Below are positions 27,441-41,601 of a stretch of DNA of 64,000 nucleotides, one piece after another. Within the stretch, counting starts at the first letter, position 1; each line of letters opens with the position of its first letter. The notes beneath the pieces were generated by a model. That model saw only the letters and a program-made list of their open reading frames with translations. It was not told the origin of the DNA and ran no database searches. Made by a program: the position numbers and the translations under genes. Where the stretch lies: positions 4,526,001-4,590,000 of the forward strand of contig OX597843.1 in assembly GCA_951406725.2 (NCBI GenBank). Direction: 5' to 3'. Source of the DNA: Octopus vulgaris. Taxonomy: Eukaryota.

Positions 27441-28779
27441 TAGGCCTAGGTTGGGTTCCAGATCAGCCAGGTTTTTCGTTGTCCACCACATTGCTTTCGA
27501 CAACCCTGAAGGGGAGCTGGGGCAATTGCTTCGGAGATGAATTCTCCTTCAGATATTCCTCATGTTGATTTTAATTAGTCCAGAATATAGCAACTCGCTG
27601 CATAAAAATGTTATTGTGTTGAAGTTTGGTTTTGCTTACAATTTAGCACTTTTTGTATTGTATATTGCTGCATTTTTAGTTGCTTAAAACCTTTTAAACT
27701 TTGCTATTCGAGTTTGGGTTTATAACAGTAAATATTTTTAGAAAACCCAATGTTTTTTGGTCTAATGATGAAAGTGCTAAATAATAATAATAATCTTAAT
27801 TATAATATACATCAGATATTTAGGCTTTTAATTAACTTTATTTCTGTAGTAAGGGAATTTATGCAGGTCGTTCCCTGTTCGTATATTTCTTCCTGGACGG
27901 AAATTCCAGATACAAGGATGTGGGGAAAGTGGTTTTGTAGATTAAATCAAAGACGAAAACAATTTTGCGCCTGTCACTGCCACCAACGACAATAGTAACA
28001 CCATCGTCACCACCACTAACAAATTTTAAAGTTTTGTTTAGTAAGTGTTATTTCCTATTGGCTTTTTTCTAGTAATCAACAGAAATGATAATTATTCCTT
28101 TCAGACCTTGACATTAATGTTTTGAAACTGAGGCCTATTTTCCATGACATTTCAGAGAGATTCAGTATGGAGGTGCTCAAGCAGAAATATCAGGAAGGGC
28201 ACCCAGCCATAACAAAAACATGCCAAAACAGGGGAATTTGGGGCAGTTCTCTTGCCAGCTCTTTTTTTAGGGCTGGGTACCCACATTACAAAGTGGACTG
28301 GGTGCTTTTTTTACACGGCACCAACACCAGTGAGGTTTGCTTTGGCATGGTTTCTACAATTAGGGATCCTTCCTAATGCTAACGACTTTACAGAGTGGGC
28401 TGGGAGCATTTAACGTGGCACCAGAGAGGTCTACTTTGGCATGGCTTTTATAACTGGACACCCTTCCTAATGCCACCCACTTTCCAGAGTGGACTGGTTA
28501 CTTTTTACATGGTACCAGCACCAGAGGTCTACTTTGGCAATAGGGCTTTTACAGCTGGATGCCCTTCCTAATGCTGGCACTTTTACAAAGAGGACTGGGT
28601 GCTTTTTATGTGGCCCCAGCACTAGTGAGGTCTGCTTTGGCATAGCTTTTAAGTATGAACACCTTTTCTAAGATGAACCCTTTTTTTTGCAGAGCGATCT
28701 GGGTGCTTTTTGCATGGTGTCTGTACCCATGTGGTCTGCCTGTTACCATTGGCAGGCTGGATCATCATCATTGTTTAAC

Positions 28780-31125
28780 CTGGTTGAAACCACCTCTGGC
28801 TCTGTAGTACAAATGTCTTGTTTTCATAAGTTTTGAATTAAAATCTTCCACCAAACCTTCGTCACAATTTATGTTCCTAACACTAGCTGAATGATAACTA
28901 AGTTATTTTACTAAATTCTTTGTTATATTTAAAATAATTGAAAGAAACACAGAGCATCTCAACAGAAACATGGTAACAAAAGGGTTAAGATATATAATAG
29001 AGAAACAATTCTTAACCCTTTTGATACCAACCTGGTTGAAACCGCTTCTGGCTCTGAGTACAAATGTCATGTTTTCAAAAGTTCTGAATTAAAATCTTCC
29101 ACCAAACCTTAGTCACAATTTATGTTCCTAACACTAGCTTAATGATAACTAAGTTATTTTATTAAATTCTTTGTTATATTTAAAATAATTGAAAGAAACA
29201 CAGATCATCTCAACAGAAATATGGTGACAAAGGGTTAATGTTTGCTTTCCATGCTAGCATGGGTTGGACGGTTCGACTGGGGAAGCCAGGAGGCTGCACC
29301 AGGCAATGTTTCTACAGCTGGATGCCCTTCCTAACACCAACCACTCCGTGAGTGTAGTGGGTGCTTTTTACGTGCTACCTGCACAGGTGCCAGGCGAGGC
29401 TGGCAACGGTCGGATTGGCGCATTTTACATGCCAACGGCACGGAAGCCAGTCGAGGCGGCGCTGGCATCGGCCACGAGTTGGATAGTGCTTTTTACGTAC
29501 CACCAGTCCAGGGGTCCTGGCATCTGCCGGGTGCCAGTCATAGGATTGGTTCATTTCGATTTCTTGTATATTTCTGTTTTTCTCTTTTCCACAGATTGCC
29601 TGAAGAAAGATGAAAAACGAGCGAAAAGTGGCCATCGTTGTTCGTTCCGTGTCAACATGCGGATGTACCTCCACAACATTGGCAACTGGGAGGTCGACGT
29701 GACGGGAAGGCACGTACCCCCAAATGTCAATTGGGTCCCGCCCAAAAAGAACCTCGTCAACAGGGTCAAGGTAAGTCACACTTAAATTACACAATCAAGA
29801 AAACTCCAACTTTCAGTATGTCCAATTCGCTCAGACCTCTAGAAATCACAGCCACGTCTCCCTCAAATCGAACTCTGTTGCCTTAAGGGAGGGTCACGTG
29901 TAGTAATCTATTACTCGTTTCAGTCATTAGATTGTGGCCATGCTGGAGCACCACCTTCAAGGGTTTTTAGTTGAATAAAATCTACCCTAGGGCTTATGGT
30001 ATTATTCAAACGCCTGGCACTTATTCCATCAGTCACCTTTGCCGAACTACTAAGTTATAGGGATGTAAAGACACTAACACCAGTTGTCAAGTGGTATAAA
30101 CACTAACACAAAGACACAATTTACAGATATATATATATTTTATTAAAAAGCTGCAAAGACATTACTTGGAGTTTCACGTTTCCTTTCATCCTTTTGATAC
30201 CAACCTGGCTGAAACCACCTCTGGCTCTGTAGTACAAATGTCTTGTTTTCAAAAGTTTTGAATTAAAATCTTCCACCAAACCTTAGTCACAATTTATGTT
30301 CTTAACACTAGCTTAATGATAACTAAGTTATTTTACTAAATTCTTTGTTATATTTAAAAGTAATTGAAAGAAACACAGAGCATCTCAACAGAAATATGGT
30401 AACAAAAGGGTTAAGATATATAATAGAGAAACAATTCTTAACCCTTTTGATACCAACCTGGTTGAAACCACCTCTGGCTCTGTAGTACAAATGTCTTGTT
30501 TTCATAAGTTTTGAATTAAAATCTTCCACCAAACCTTAGTCACAATTTATGTTCCTAACACTAGCTTAATGATAACTAAGTTATTTTACTAAATTCTTTG
30601 TTATATTTAAAGTAATTGAAAGAAATACAGAGCATCTCAACAGAAGAAATATGGTAATAAAAGGGTTTAGATATATAATAGAGAAACAATTCTTAACCCT
30701 TTTGATACCAACCTGGTTGAAACCACCTCTGGCTCTGTAGTACAAATGTCTTGTTTTCATAAGTTTTGAATTATAATCTTCCCCCAAACCTTAGTCACAA
30801 TTTATGTTCCTAACACTAGCTTAATGATAACTAAGTTATTTTACTAAATTCTTTGTTATATTTAAAAGTAATTGAAAGAAACACAGAGCATCTCAACAGA
30901 AGAAATATGGTAACAAAAGGGTTAAGATATATAATAGAGAAACAATTCTTAACCCTTTTGATACCAACCTGGTTGAAACCACCTCTGGCTCTGTAGTACA
31001 AATGTCTTGTTTTCAAAAGTTCTGAATTAAAATCTTCCACCAAACCTTAGTCACAATTTATGTTCCTAACACTAGCTTAATGATAACTAAGTTATTTTAC
31101 TAAATTCTTTCTTATATTTAAAGAA
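28780..31125. repeat. Tandemly amplified piggyBac-like MITE (about 254-bp period) in two blocks, 28,780-29,238 and 30,190-31,125
   Basis: TTAA-CCCTTTTGATACCA...TGGTAACAAAAGGG-TTAA units joined by a constant spacer GATATATAATAGAGAAACAATTC. Confidence 0.82.
29595..29770 (+). CDS. Orphan gene X, coding exon 2
   Basis: Polypyrimidine tract plus CAG acceptor, and donor AAG|GTAAGT. Phase 1 in and phase 0 out fit both neighbouring exons. Encodes DCLKKDEKRAKSGHRCSFRVNMRMYLHNIGNWEVDVTGRHVPP. Confidence 0.85.
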
Positions 31126-33556
31126 ATACTCACCCAAAACCTATATACTCTTTTACTTGTTTCAGTCATTTGACTGCAGCACCACCTTTAGTCAAGCAAA
31201 TCGACCCCAGGACTTATTCTTTGTAAGCCTGGTACTTATTCTATCGGTCTCTTTTGCCAAGCCACTAAGTAACGGGGACATAAACACACCTGCATCGGGG
31301 GACAAACGCATATATACAACGGGCTTCTTTCAGTCTACCAAATCCACTCACTAGGCTATAGTAGAAAACACTTGCTCACGGTGCCACGCAGTGGGACTGA
31401 ACCCGGGACCATGTGGTTGGTAAGCAAGCTACTTACCACACAGCCACTCCTGCGCCTATATATACATTTAACAAGAGCTGGCAAGCCTGAGAACTGCCCC
31501 AAGTTCCACTGTTGTTTCATGGCTATCATCCTTTCGGGGGTGATAAATTAAGTACCAGTGAAACACTGGGGGGGTCGATGTAATCGACTTATCCCCTTCC
31601 CCAAAATAGCTGCCTTTGTGGCACAATCGTTAGCATGCCAGGTAAAATGGTTAGCAGTATTTTGAGTTCAAATTCCGCCAAGGTCAGCTTTGCCTTTCAG
31701 GGTCGAAATAAGCACTGGGGTCAATGTATTTGACTATACTCCTTCCCCCAAAATTTTCAGGGCCTTGTGCTTTGAGTAGAAATTATTATGGCAGAATCGT
31801 TAGCACACCTGGTGAAATGCTTTGTGGTATTTCATCTGCCTTTATGTTCCGAGTTCACCTTTCATAAATTAAGTTCCAGTTGAGTATTGTGGTCGAAGTG
31901 GTTGGCTGTCTCACTCCCCACAAAATCCAGGCCTTGTACCTAGAGTAGAAAAGATTATAATTATTGTTTCAATGTAAGCCCTTGTGGCCAATAAATGAAT
32001 TATAATCATCATTGTTTAACGTCCGCTTTCCATGCTGGCATGGGTTGGAAGATTTGACTGAGGTCTGGCGAACCAGGCTCCAATCTGATCTGGCAGACTT
32101 TCTACAGCCCTTCCCAATGCCAACCACTCTGAGAGTGTAGCGGGTGCTCCTATGTGCCACCGGCATGAGGGCCAGTCAGGTGGTACTGGCAATGATCACG
32201 CTTGAATGGTGCTTTTTACTTGCCACCAGCACGGAAGCCAGTTTGTTGCTCTGGCAACGATCACACTTGGATGGTGGTCTTAGCACAGATGCCAGTCATT
32301 GAATTTGATTTCAAATTCTGCAGAGGTCGACTTTGCCTTTCATGGGTCAATTAAATAAGTACCAGTTATACACTGGAGTCGATGTAATCAACTTAATTTC
32401 TTTGTCTGTCCCCTGTGGGTAATAAAGAAATAAATTATTCTCATCATCAAGGCAGCAAACCGACAGAACTGTTGGCAATTTGGATAAGTTTGAGTTTCCT
32501 TTCCTTGTTCAACATAACCGACTTTCTCTCAAAACCTGTTGGCCTTGTTCCAAACTTTGAAACGATTATCGGTTTCAAATTATGGTACAAGGCCAAAGTT
32601 GATTACAACATCCCCCAGTATTTCACTGTCACTTAATTTGTCGATTCCAAAAGGATGAACGGCAAAGACGACCTCAGTAGAATTTGAACAAATGATGCTA
32701 AGCATTTTGTCTGACATAGTAACAACTCTGTCAGCTCACCCACCTTATTTAAAACCATTATTATTCAGTAGTCTTACTTCTTTAGCGTGCTTTCACTTTA
32801 CTACCGAGCGCAGCTCTGTGATGCTCTTCTGGTTACTGTATTGAAAGTGTTTTGCATAGGATGTGGGCAGTGCTAGTTTCTGTCTGAAGTTCTTTCTTAT
32901 CATACCTAATGTTCCTACTATAATGGGAATTGTTTCTGTTTTTAGGCTCTACATTCGAGTTACCTCATCATTCAGTAGTCTAATCTTCATCACATGCTTT
33001 CACTACACTACTGACCGCAGCTCTGTGTGCCTTGGTGCTATAAATTTTACTGTATTGACCTTCTCTCTATACATATATCTTTTTGTCTCTCCCTTTCCTT
33101 CTCTCTACATATGTTTTATACGCACCTGCGCCCTCTTTTACTTGTTTCAGTCAGTTAACTGCAGCACCACCTTCAATCGAGCAACTCGACCCTGGGACTT
33201 ATTCTTTGTAAGCCCAGTACTTATTTTATCGGTCTCTTTTACCGAACCGCTAAGTAACGGGGACAAATACAGACACACATATACGACGGGCTTCTTTCAG
33301 TTTCCGTCTACCAAATCCACTCACAACGCATTGGTCGGCCCGGGGCTATAGCAGAAGACACTTGCTCAAGGTGCCACGCAGTGGGACTGAACCATATGGT
33401 TGGTAACAAAGCTACTTACCACTCCTGCGCCTATATAAAAAGTTACATGGTCAGTATGGGGCTCGAACCCACGACGTTCTAACCGGCCTTCGTTACAATA
33501 ATTTCATCATCGTTATTTTTTTATATCGATAAAATTGTTTTTTTCCTTAATTACAG

Positions 33557-34759
33557 ACAAGCACAACGAGAAAGAATGACAAGCCATCCCAGTGCGACAC
33601 CATTGCATCTTCCAAAACCATTGACCACACTAGCAGAGACAAAAGCTACGTTGATAAAAACTCTTCAAATTGCATCGGCTGGGCTTATTCCACTAACAAC
33701 AATAATAATCATGCTTTTCCATCTCTGTATGGTACTGCATCAATCATTGCCGTCCCTAATCTCAACCAATTCCACCAGGTCGAGGACCAAGCTCTGGATC
33801 TTACACAGAACCACAGAAACTTTATGCCTGGCAACGGATCTACCAAAGAATCTCTTCTCTCTGCTGACAAATTCCTTAGTAAGAAACAATTTCCTGTTAT
33901 TCCAAAAGTTGAACAGACAGAATTGTCAAACGAAGGTCGCTCAGAGAAAGCGAACAAAATTCTTTCTTTTGTGAAAGACGCTGTAAAACTTTCTGATGAC
34001 AATATGGAAGCTTTTGTGATTGTTTCAACAGCGCCGGACCAGTTTTCATTCTGGGGTTCTTCGCAATTCGTTAATAAATTCAAATCTTCCGAGCCTTTAG
34101 TTCCATACCACCCAGTAAAGTGCCGCGACTCTCTGGAAGCCGACCAAAGTTTGTTGACTTCGACGAGAACAACAGCAGCAATACCTACAACAAAAATGAT
34201 GAGAGAAACTGTATCAAATAAAATGAACCAATCGCATTTGATAAGAAGCGAACATGAAAGAAAACAGGGGCAGCAATTCTCAGGTAAAAAGCAGAACTGT
34301 TTAAAGATCCCTTCGCCATATTCTTTCAAGCATTCGGCACTCTTCCTGACAAATTTACTGCACAAACGGAACGCAACAACTGCAGGTGCTGTCGTACAAG
34401 TCCCAGGTTTTAATGCAACAAAGAATCCAAACAAACACAAGACGAAAGCCTTCAAAAGGAAGCCGTCCACCCAAGACACGGACATCAATGACAGCCGAGA
34501 AAAGGTTACGTCTAAATGCAACGGGGAAGAGCTTCATGACCGTCGGGATGTTGACAGCGAGGAGGGTGATGAAGAGGCGCCGAAGGAGAACGTTGTCATC
34601 ACTCTCATGCAGAAAGAGCGAAGCCAGGCACTTCTGCGGATTTTGAAGTCGAGGAGGAACAAGGCAGGGAAGAATTTCAAATTTGGAGCAAATGTGCAAA
34701 ACGGGTTGACTAGAGATGTAAATCCTGGTAAAATTAAAAATATATCTCTTGTTGAGTAA
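33557..34759 (+). CDS. Orphan gene X, coding exon 3 (terminal); joined CDS 1776 bp, 591 aa
   Basis: TTACAG acceptor, then an open phase-0 frame of 1203 bp that includes ORF 33,824-34,759. AATAAA signals near 35.0 and 35.2 kb. Confidence 0.82.
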   Translation, partial: TSTTRKNDKPSQCDTIASSKTIDHTSRDKSYVDKNSSNCIGWAYSTNNNNNHAFPSLYGTASIIAVPNLNQFHQVEDQALDLTQNHRNFMPGNGSTKESLLSADKFLSKKQFPVIPKVEQTELSNEGRSEKANKILSFVKDAVKLSDDNMEAFVIVSTAPDQFSFWGSSQFVNKFKSSEPLVPYHPVKCRDSLEADQSLLTSTRTTAAIPTTKMMRETVSNKMNQSHLIRSEHERKQGQQFSGKKQNCLKIPSPYSFKHSALFLTNLLHKRNATTAGAVVQVPGFNATKNPNKHKTKAFKRKPSTQDTDINDSREKVTSKCNGEELHDRRDVDSEEGDEEAPKENVVITLMQKERSQALLRILKSRRNKAGKNFKFGANVQNGLTRDVNPGKIKNISLVE

Positions 34760-37409
34760 ACACTGCTTGGCCACATGCTGTCATCTGCAGGGATAACGAG
34801 TGTGTGTGTGTATGTATTACATTTTACAATAACATATGTATGTCAGAGGTGTTTAAACCCTCTAAGGGAGAGATGTATTCAGAGGCACTCCCAGTAAGTA
34901 TGATCCTTGTTATACGGTAGACAGCAGCAGGTGTTTTAAAAGGTACACCATACATTTTCTAAGCAATGAAGTCATCCATAACTTGTAGTAAGCAACATTT
35001 ATCAAAATAAAAGTATTCAGAACACAGTAACAAAACTTTGCAAACATATTTACATTCCCATATAACAGGTAAGGACATCATTGTATTACGGATAGGTTTG
35101 TTCGACTCGGTGCTGCTAGCTTAATTGCGCACGAATTGTACTTATATATATATTATTATAAAATACACGGCTTTACTTTGAGATTACCAACATTTGCAAA
35201 TAAAATACAGACAGGAATTTTAGTGCTCCAAGTGAGCTATATTCAGCTTAATAACCACACTCAAAAATATATATTCTTCTTCGTAAATAGCTAAATCTTT
35301 TCAGTCATTTGACTGTGGCCATGCTGGACTGCTGCGTTTAGTCGACCCCAGGACTTATTCTATCAATTTCTTTTGCCGAAACGCTAAGTTACCGGGATGT
35401 AAACATATATACACACACAACAGGCTTTTGTCTACCAAATCCACTCACAAGGCTATAGTAGAAGACACTTGCCAGACCATAAAATACGCTTCAACACACA
35501 AAGAATCTTGCAAACAAAATATATACACACACATATATATTAGATTGTCAAGAAAGTTCTTGTGGTTTTGAACCTTTAGAAATAAACACCACAGTTTTGC
35601 CATGATCCCTTTCTATTGACCAATGCTGGCTGTTGTTGTCAGAGTTTCTTATGCAATTCATCCATTTGCCGACAGTACTTCTCCACTTGGATCCAAAAAG
35701 CTGTGATCCATGAGACCACCAAACAGTCACCATGACCTTCTGTTAAGGCAAGTGCTGTGGAGCTTTGTCAGCATCCAACCACTTAGCTGACTGTCACAAT
35801 CTGGTCGTTCTTGTTACATAAAAGAAGGGAAGACAACACTTCAAAACAGCATTTTGTTTTGGTTGTTATTTAACACATGTGGTGGAAATCAGGCCAAACG
35901 CATCATTGATATCGCAAGCTGTTTCAGCAGCATTTTGGCCTAGCTAGGACAGGAATAAGAAAATTGTGCACATTATTCGAAAAGAGTAACAAATTCCACA
36001 AGAACTTTCTTGACAGCTTAATACACACACTTTAAAATTTCCATGTATCTATGATTTTAATTCAAAACAAGACACATGTACTACTGAGCCAGAGGTGGTA
36101 TCAAAAGGGTTAAGAATTGTTTCTCCACTGTATAGTTTAAACCTTCTGTTACCCTATTCCTGCTATATGTTTACTATCAATCAATTTTAAATATAACAAA
36201 GAATTTCAGCTAGTGTTAGGAACAGAAATTGTGACTAAGGTTTAGTGGAAGATTTTATATTCGGAACTGTTGAAAGCAAGACATTTGTAGTACAGGGCTG
36301 GGTTGGTAATGAAAGGGTTAAGGTGCATACACCTCTACATGACTTCAAAGACACACACAGCACATTTTCTACCTCACATCATCCTATAATGATTGTTTGT
36401 CCTTAATTAACTTTACAAGATATTCCTTATAAGTTGTTGTCATCATCAATAAGGCAGCATGCTAGCAGACAAAATGCTTACTGGTATTCCGTCTGTTGCT
36501 ATACCACCAAGGCCAATTTTGCCTTTCAGGGGTCAATAAATTAAGTACTAATGAAACACCAGGGTTGGTTTAATCAACTCTACCTCTCCCCCAAATTTCA
36601 GGCCTTGTACCTATATTAAAAATGATTATTATTACTTCTATTAAGGTGGCAAAATAATTAGCACACCAGGTGAATGCTAAGTGGCATTTCTTCCTTACTT
36701 TAAATTCTGAGTTCAAATTCCTCAAAGGTTAACATTGCCTATCATCCCGATAAATTAGGTACCAACCAAGAACAGGGATCAATGTGGACTACCCTCCCCT
36801 CCACAAATTCCAGGCCTTGTGCCTATATTAGAAAGGATTATTATCATTAAGATGGGAAACATTAGCAAACCAGGCAAAATGTTAAAGATGGACGAAATGA
36901 CACTTAAGTTCTGAGTTCAAATCCCATCGAGGTCAATAAATTAAGTACCAGAGTTGATGTAATCAGCAATTCCCCTGCCATAATTATTATATATTGATTT
37001 ATTAATGTTAGTTAATTAGCCTTTGATTCACTGCTGAAGACACCTCCCTGTCAACGATATCTCTCAGTCCACCACCCCTTCCATCAATACGACCTCTCAC
37101 ATTTCTACAACATTGAAATTCATCTCTGCCACATCAGCCCCTGTTCCGTTTCTTTAGTGCCTGAGTGTGGAGGAGGAGAAGATATTGCAGACTGACAGCA
37201 TCATTGTCCACTGTGACAGATTGAATGATTTTGAAATAAAAAAAGAGGAAATATTTTGTTGTTGTTGTTTTTACATTTGCCATGACCACCTTGGTTAATA
37301 TTCCCTTAGTGTAAATTTAGCAGAGTCTGGATTGTTGCAAGCATTAAGGACACATCCTTGACTTGCGGATAATTCATTCACTTCCTCCCATCAATCTTCT
37401 AGGATTAGC

Positions 37410-38540
37410 AAATATATATGGCGCGGATGAACCAGAGCCCCGCAAATGTCCATCAGGTAAAGAAAATGATTGCACTAGGAGCTAGTATAAGAGTTACCCT
37501 AAAAGGCCACACGTTTAAGAATAAAATATATGACCAGGGGGCAGCCATCAGCGTTAGTATCGCTGGTGATGTGGCCAACCTTTTCACGGTATGGTGGGAC
37601 AGAAGGCTTAAGGAACGCCTAACACCATACTCGTGAACATGTACTCTTGCTATGTTGATGATATCAACATAGTGGTAAAGGCACCCCCACAAGAGAGTAC
37701 TGTTGATATAACAATAGAAACTAATACTATGGAGAGCATTCCAGCAAATAGCTAACTCCATCCACCAGAGTATTAAGGTAACAATAGACTACCAGTACTA
37801 GACACTGAACTCTCGCTAGAAATTGTGAATAATAAAACCCAGATCCTTTATTCATACTATGGCCTCAAAATACTTGATCCACCGGAACTCAGCCAAATTC
37901 AATATTTTTATGGCAGACCTCATCAGAATAATGAGAAATGTGTCACGCATATGCAAGCCTACAGAATTAAAGAGACACATACATTATTTCATTCATCGCA
38001 TGCAGTTCTCAGGTTACAGCCATAAAGAAAGGGTCAGAGTATACAAAGGAGCCATAAAGAAATTTGATAATATATTATGTAATGATAGGAATGGGATTTG
38101 CCCACTCTATAGAAAGGACAAGAAAGAAAATAGGGGAGGCCACCTCTTGGTATGATCGCCATAAATACCAGAGTGTCATGTTCGTTGACACCACCCCTGG
38201 AGGTGAACTGGCATACCACTTTAGAAGGACCCTAGACAAGCTAAGGATTAAGGTTGTTGAAAAGCCAGGCAATAAGACAACGACATACGTAGGGAAAACG
38301 GCAACAAGCATAGGAGAGCGGGTAAATGGACATTGGAGACAACTCAAGGAAGGTAAAGGCTCATCGATTCTGTACCAACACGGGGGATCAGTCAACAACA
38401 TAGAAGTTAAAATATTCTCCACACATAGAACAGATGCAACAATCAGACAAATTACAGAAGCTACACACATAATAGAAGATGAACCTAGCCTGAATAGGAA
38501 ACTGCAATGGAACACTAGCACCCACCACAACATATGACGA
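37410..38540 (+). mobile_element. Decayed Penelope-like element (RT plus GIY-YIG endonuclease)
   Basis: Motifs SIAGDVANLF, YVDDI, ASKYLIHRNSA, RMQFSGYS and YVGKTATSIGERVNGH...EATHIIEDEPSLN. Duplicated at about 49,000-49,835 (+) and 45,670-45,885 (-). Confidence 0.85.
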
Positions 38541-40229
38541 TAGAGGATCCCCACAAACTGGTTACAATATAAACAAAACCGAAAACATAATAGATAAAAT
38601 AGACAGAAAATTAAACAGATATATAATTTTTTTTTGATTTATTATTATTACTAGTATTGTTGTTATACATACGGATGTAAACACATGAACGAGAGATATA
38701 AGCATGCGCAAATGAAGACATACAAAATGGCTGACGGTTAGTAAGGAGAGACACAAATAAGAAAACAAAGGACCACTGATGCGGTCACAGGAGTGTGACG
38801 AAAGAACTCTGGCCGAAATAAGATTAATGTAAAAAATAACACTGAAGCAAAGTATACACACAGAAATATATAGTGCGTGTGTTTTTATTGGCTAAACTGG
38901 CAAAATGACCATTCCGAAATATAGCAATATATATACCCTGTGGCACAAGTTGACCAAAATTGAGAGTATGATGGAAGAAGCCTTGCTCCTCCTTCCATAG
39001 CAGACAAAAATTGATATCAGACCATGTTAACATCAAAAAGGTGCTTTTTTTTTTCTATAAAAATCCCTATTTTTTTACTGCTGTGTCTCCATTTTTTGGT
39101 ATATTTTAACCAGAAAACTGTTCATTTAAAGAGAATAATAAGCTACATAATGCAAATTTTTTACTTTTCAAAAATTCCAATTCTAAAGGGTCAAAACAAA
39201 CCCGAGCAATACTACTAGTATATACAGAAAATAGAAACTACATGTGGAAATGCACAGTAACGATAGATATATACAATTAGATGACGTTTGAATTTTAAAG
39301 AAAAAAACCTGTCTCTAGAAGGGCTGTTCACAAAAAGTGTGTCAGTAATTATCTAGACTTACAATATTGCCCATTTCACCGTTTTCCCGAAAAACGTATC
39401 TTCTCAAATTTCTTTAAGAAAATTACTCTCCCCAGACACAATAATATGCTTCAACACACGAATTCATATAAACTTTATATTATAAAGAATCTTGCAAGCC
39501 AAATCCCAAAACGGAAGATATAAGTGTAGTCTGGAAATATGGGGATTACATGAGGTTGTATGACATAGCCTTGATACTAAATCAAAAGGCAAACTTGAAT
39601 TTCCTTGGTAACCGTTTTTGTCTTTCTTCATAAAATGCACACTTTTCAATGACTGAATCACAAGACACACACACAACATTTTAAGTATCCTTTCTAGTTT
39701 ACACCGTTTCTCTGCTATTTCAGAATATTCCAGATGGCTTGGCATTAAAGGACATTTTTACTCTGGATCCATCGACCATTTACCAAGTCTAAAGGAAAAT
39801 TGTACACAGAACAAATTTTACCCTGTTTGTATTAATCTTTGGTAATTTGCAATGGAATATTTCATTTAATTGGCATTACGTAGTAAAACTTCTCTACTTC
39901 ACTGTCTTGAATGCACTGAAGATGATATCGCGTTCTCATGAAAGTTGGATAATGATGGACATTGCAGCATCTTCGGATATTGACGAAGATCACAGTTGAT
40001 GATAATAACACAGAATCACTGTTAGGAATCATCATCATCGTTTAACGTCCGCTTTCCATGCTAGCTTGGGTTGGACGATTCAACCGAGGGCTGGCGAACC
40101 TGATGGCTGCACCAGGCTCCAATATTGATCTGGCAGAGTTTCTACAGCTGGATGCCCTTCCTAACGCCAACCACTCCGAGAAATAGAAAAGGGAAAAATT
40201 GAAAAGCATCTTTATATTTCGGTGAGAGA

Positions 40230-40816
<587 letters not shown>

Positions 40817-41601
40817 CTCTGCCCTGTTCATCACTCATTTCCCTCCACTCACCTGCCAATTGACTCTCACACTCCTGCAAACCTATTTCTTTACTACCCA
40901 CAAGGGGCTAAACACAGAGGGGACAGACAAACGGATTAAGTCGATTACAGTGTGTAACTGGTACTTATTTAATCCACCCCGAAAGGTTGTAAGGCAAAAT
41001 CAACCTCGGCGGAATTTGAACCCAGAACGTAGCACCAGACGAAATACCGCTAAGCATTTCGCCCAGCGTGCTAACGTTCCTGACAGCTCGCCACCTTAAT
41101 TCTTTCTCAATATTCAAAGGGCTGGGGTCAATAAAATAAGTACCAGTTGACCACCGGGGTCAAAAAAAAAAATTAGGCGTAGGAGTGGCTGTGCCTACCA
41201 ACCACATGGTTCCGGATTTGGTAGATGGAAACTCAAAGAAGCCCGTCGTATATGTATATCTGTATTTTTGTCCCACCCCCAAAGTTCGTTTCTCGTTGTG
41301 TTCAACGTTTTTTTGATGTCTTGTACCCATATATGCCTGTATATGTACATATTTACGTAGGTATGTATGTATATATTTATATGTGTGGTTTTTAGGGGAG
41401 TCTGGATGCAAAGGCATTCTGCTTTGAATAGAAGCGAAAGCAAAACTGGGTTGAAGAAAAATAACCCATTTTGAGACAAAAAGTTAAAGAATGTTGTGAG
41501 AATAATGGTAGAATGTCTAAAAGCGACGAAGGACAACCTTGAATTTTTCTTCTTTTTTTTTTTTTAAACTTAAATATCTCTTAATTTCACAATTTTTCAG
41601 T

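Noticed and set aside
33445-33475. tRNA-like 3' fragment (GGGGCTCGAACCCACGAC)
   Set aside because: Only a B-box-sized remnant, with no complete tRNA.
33709-34521. 270-aa minus-strand ORF
   Set aside because: It is the antisense shadow of gene X exon 3, which has the splice support.
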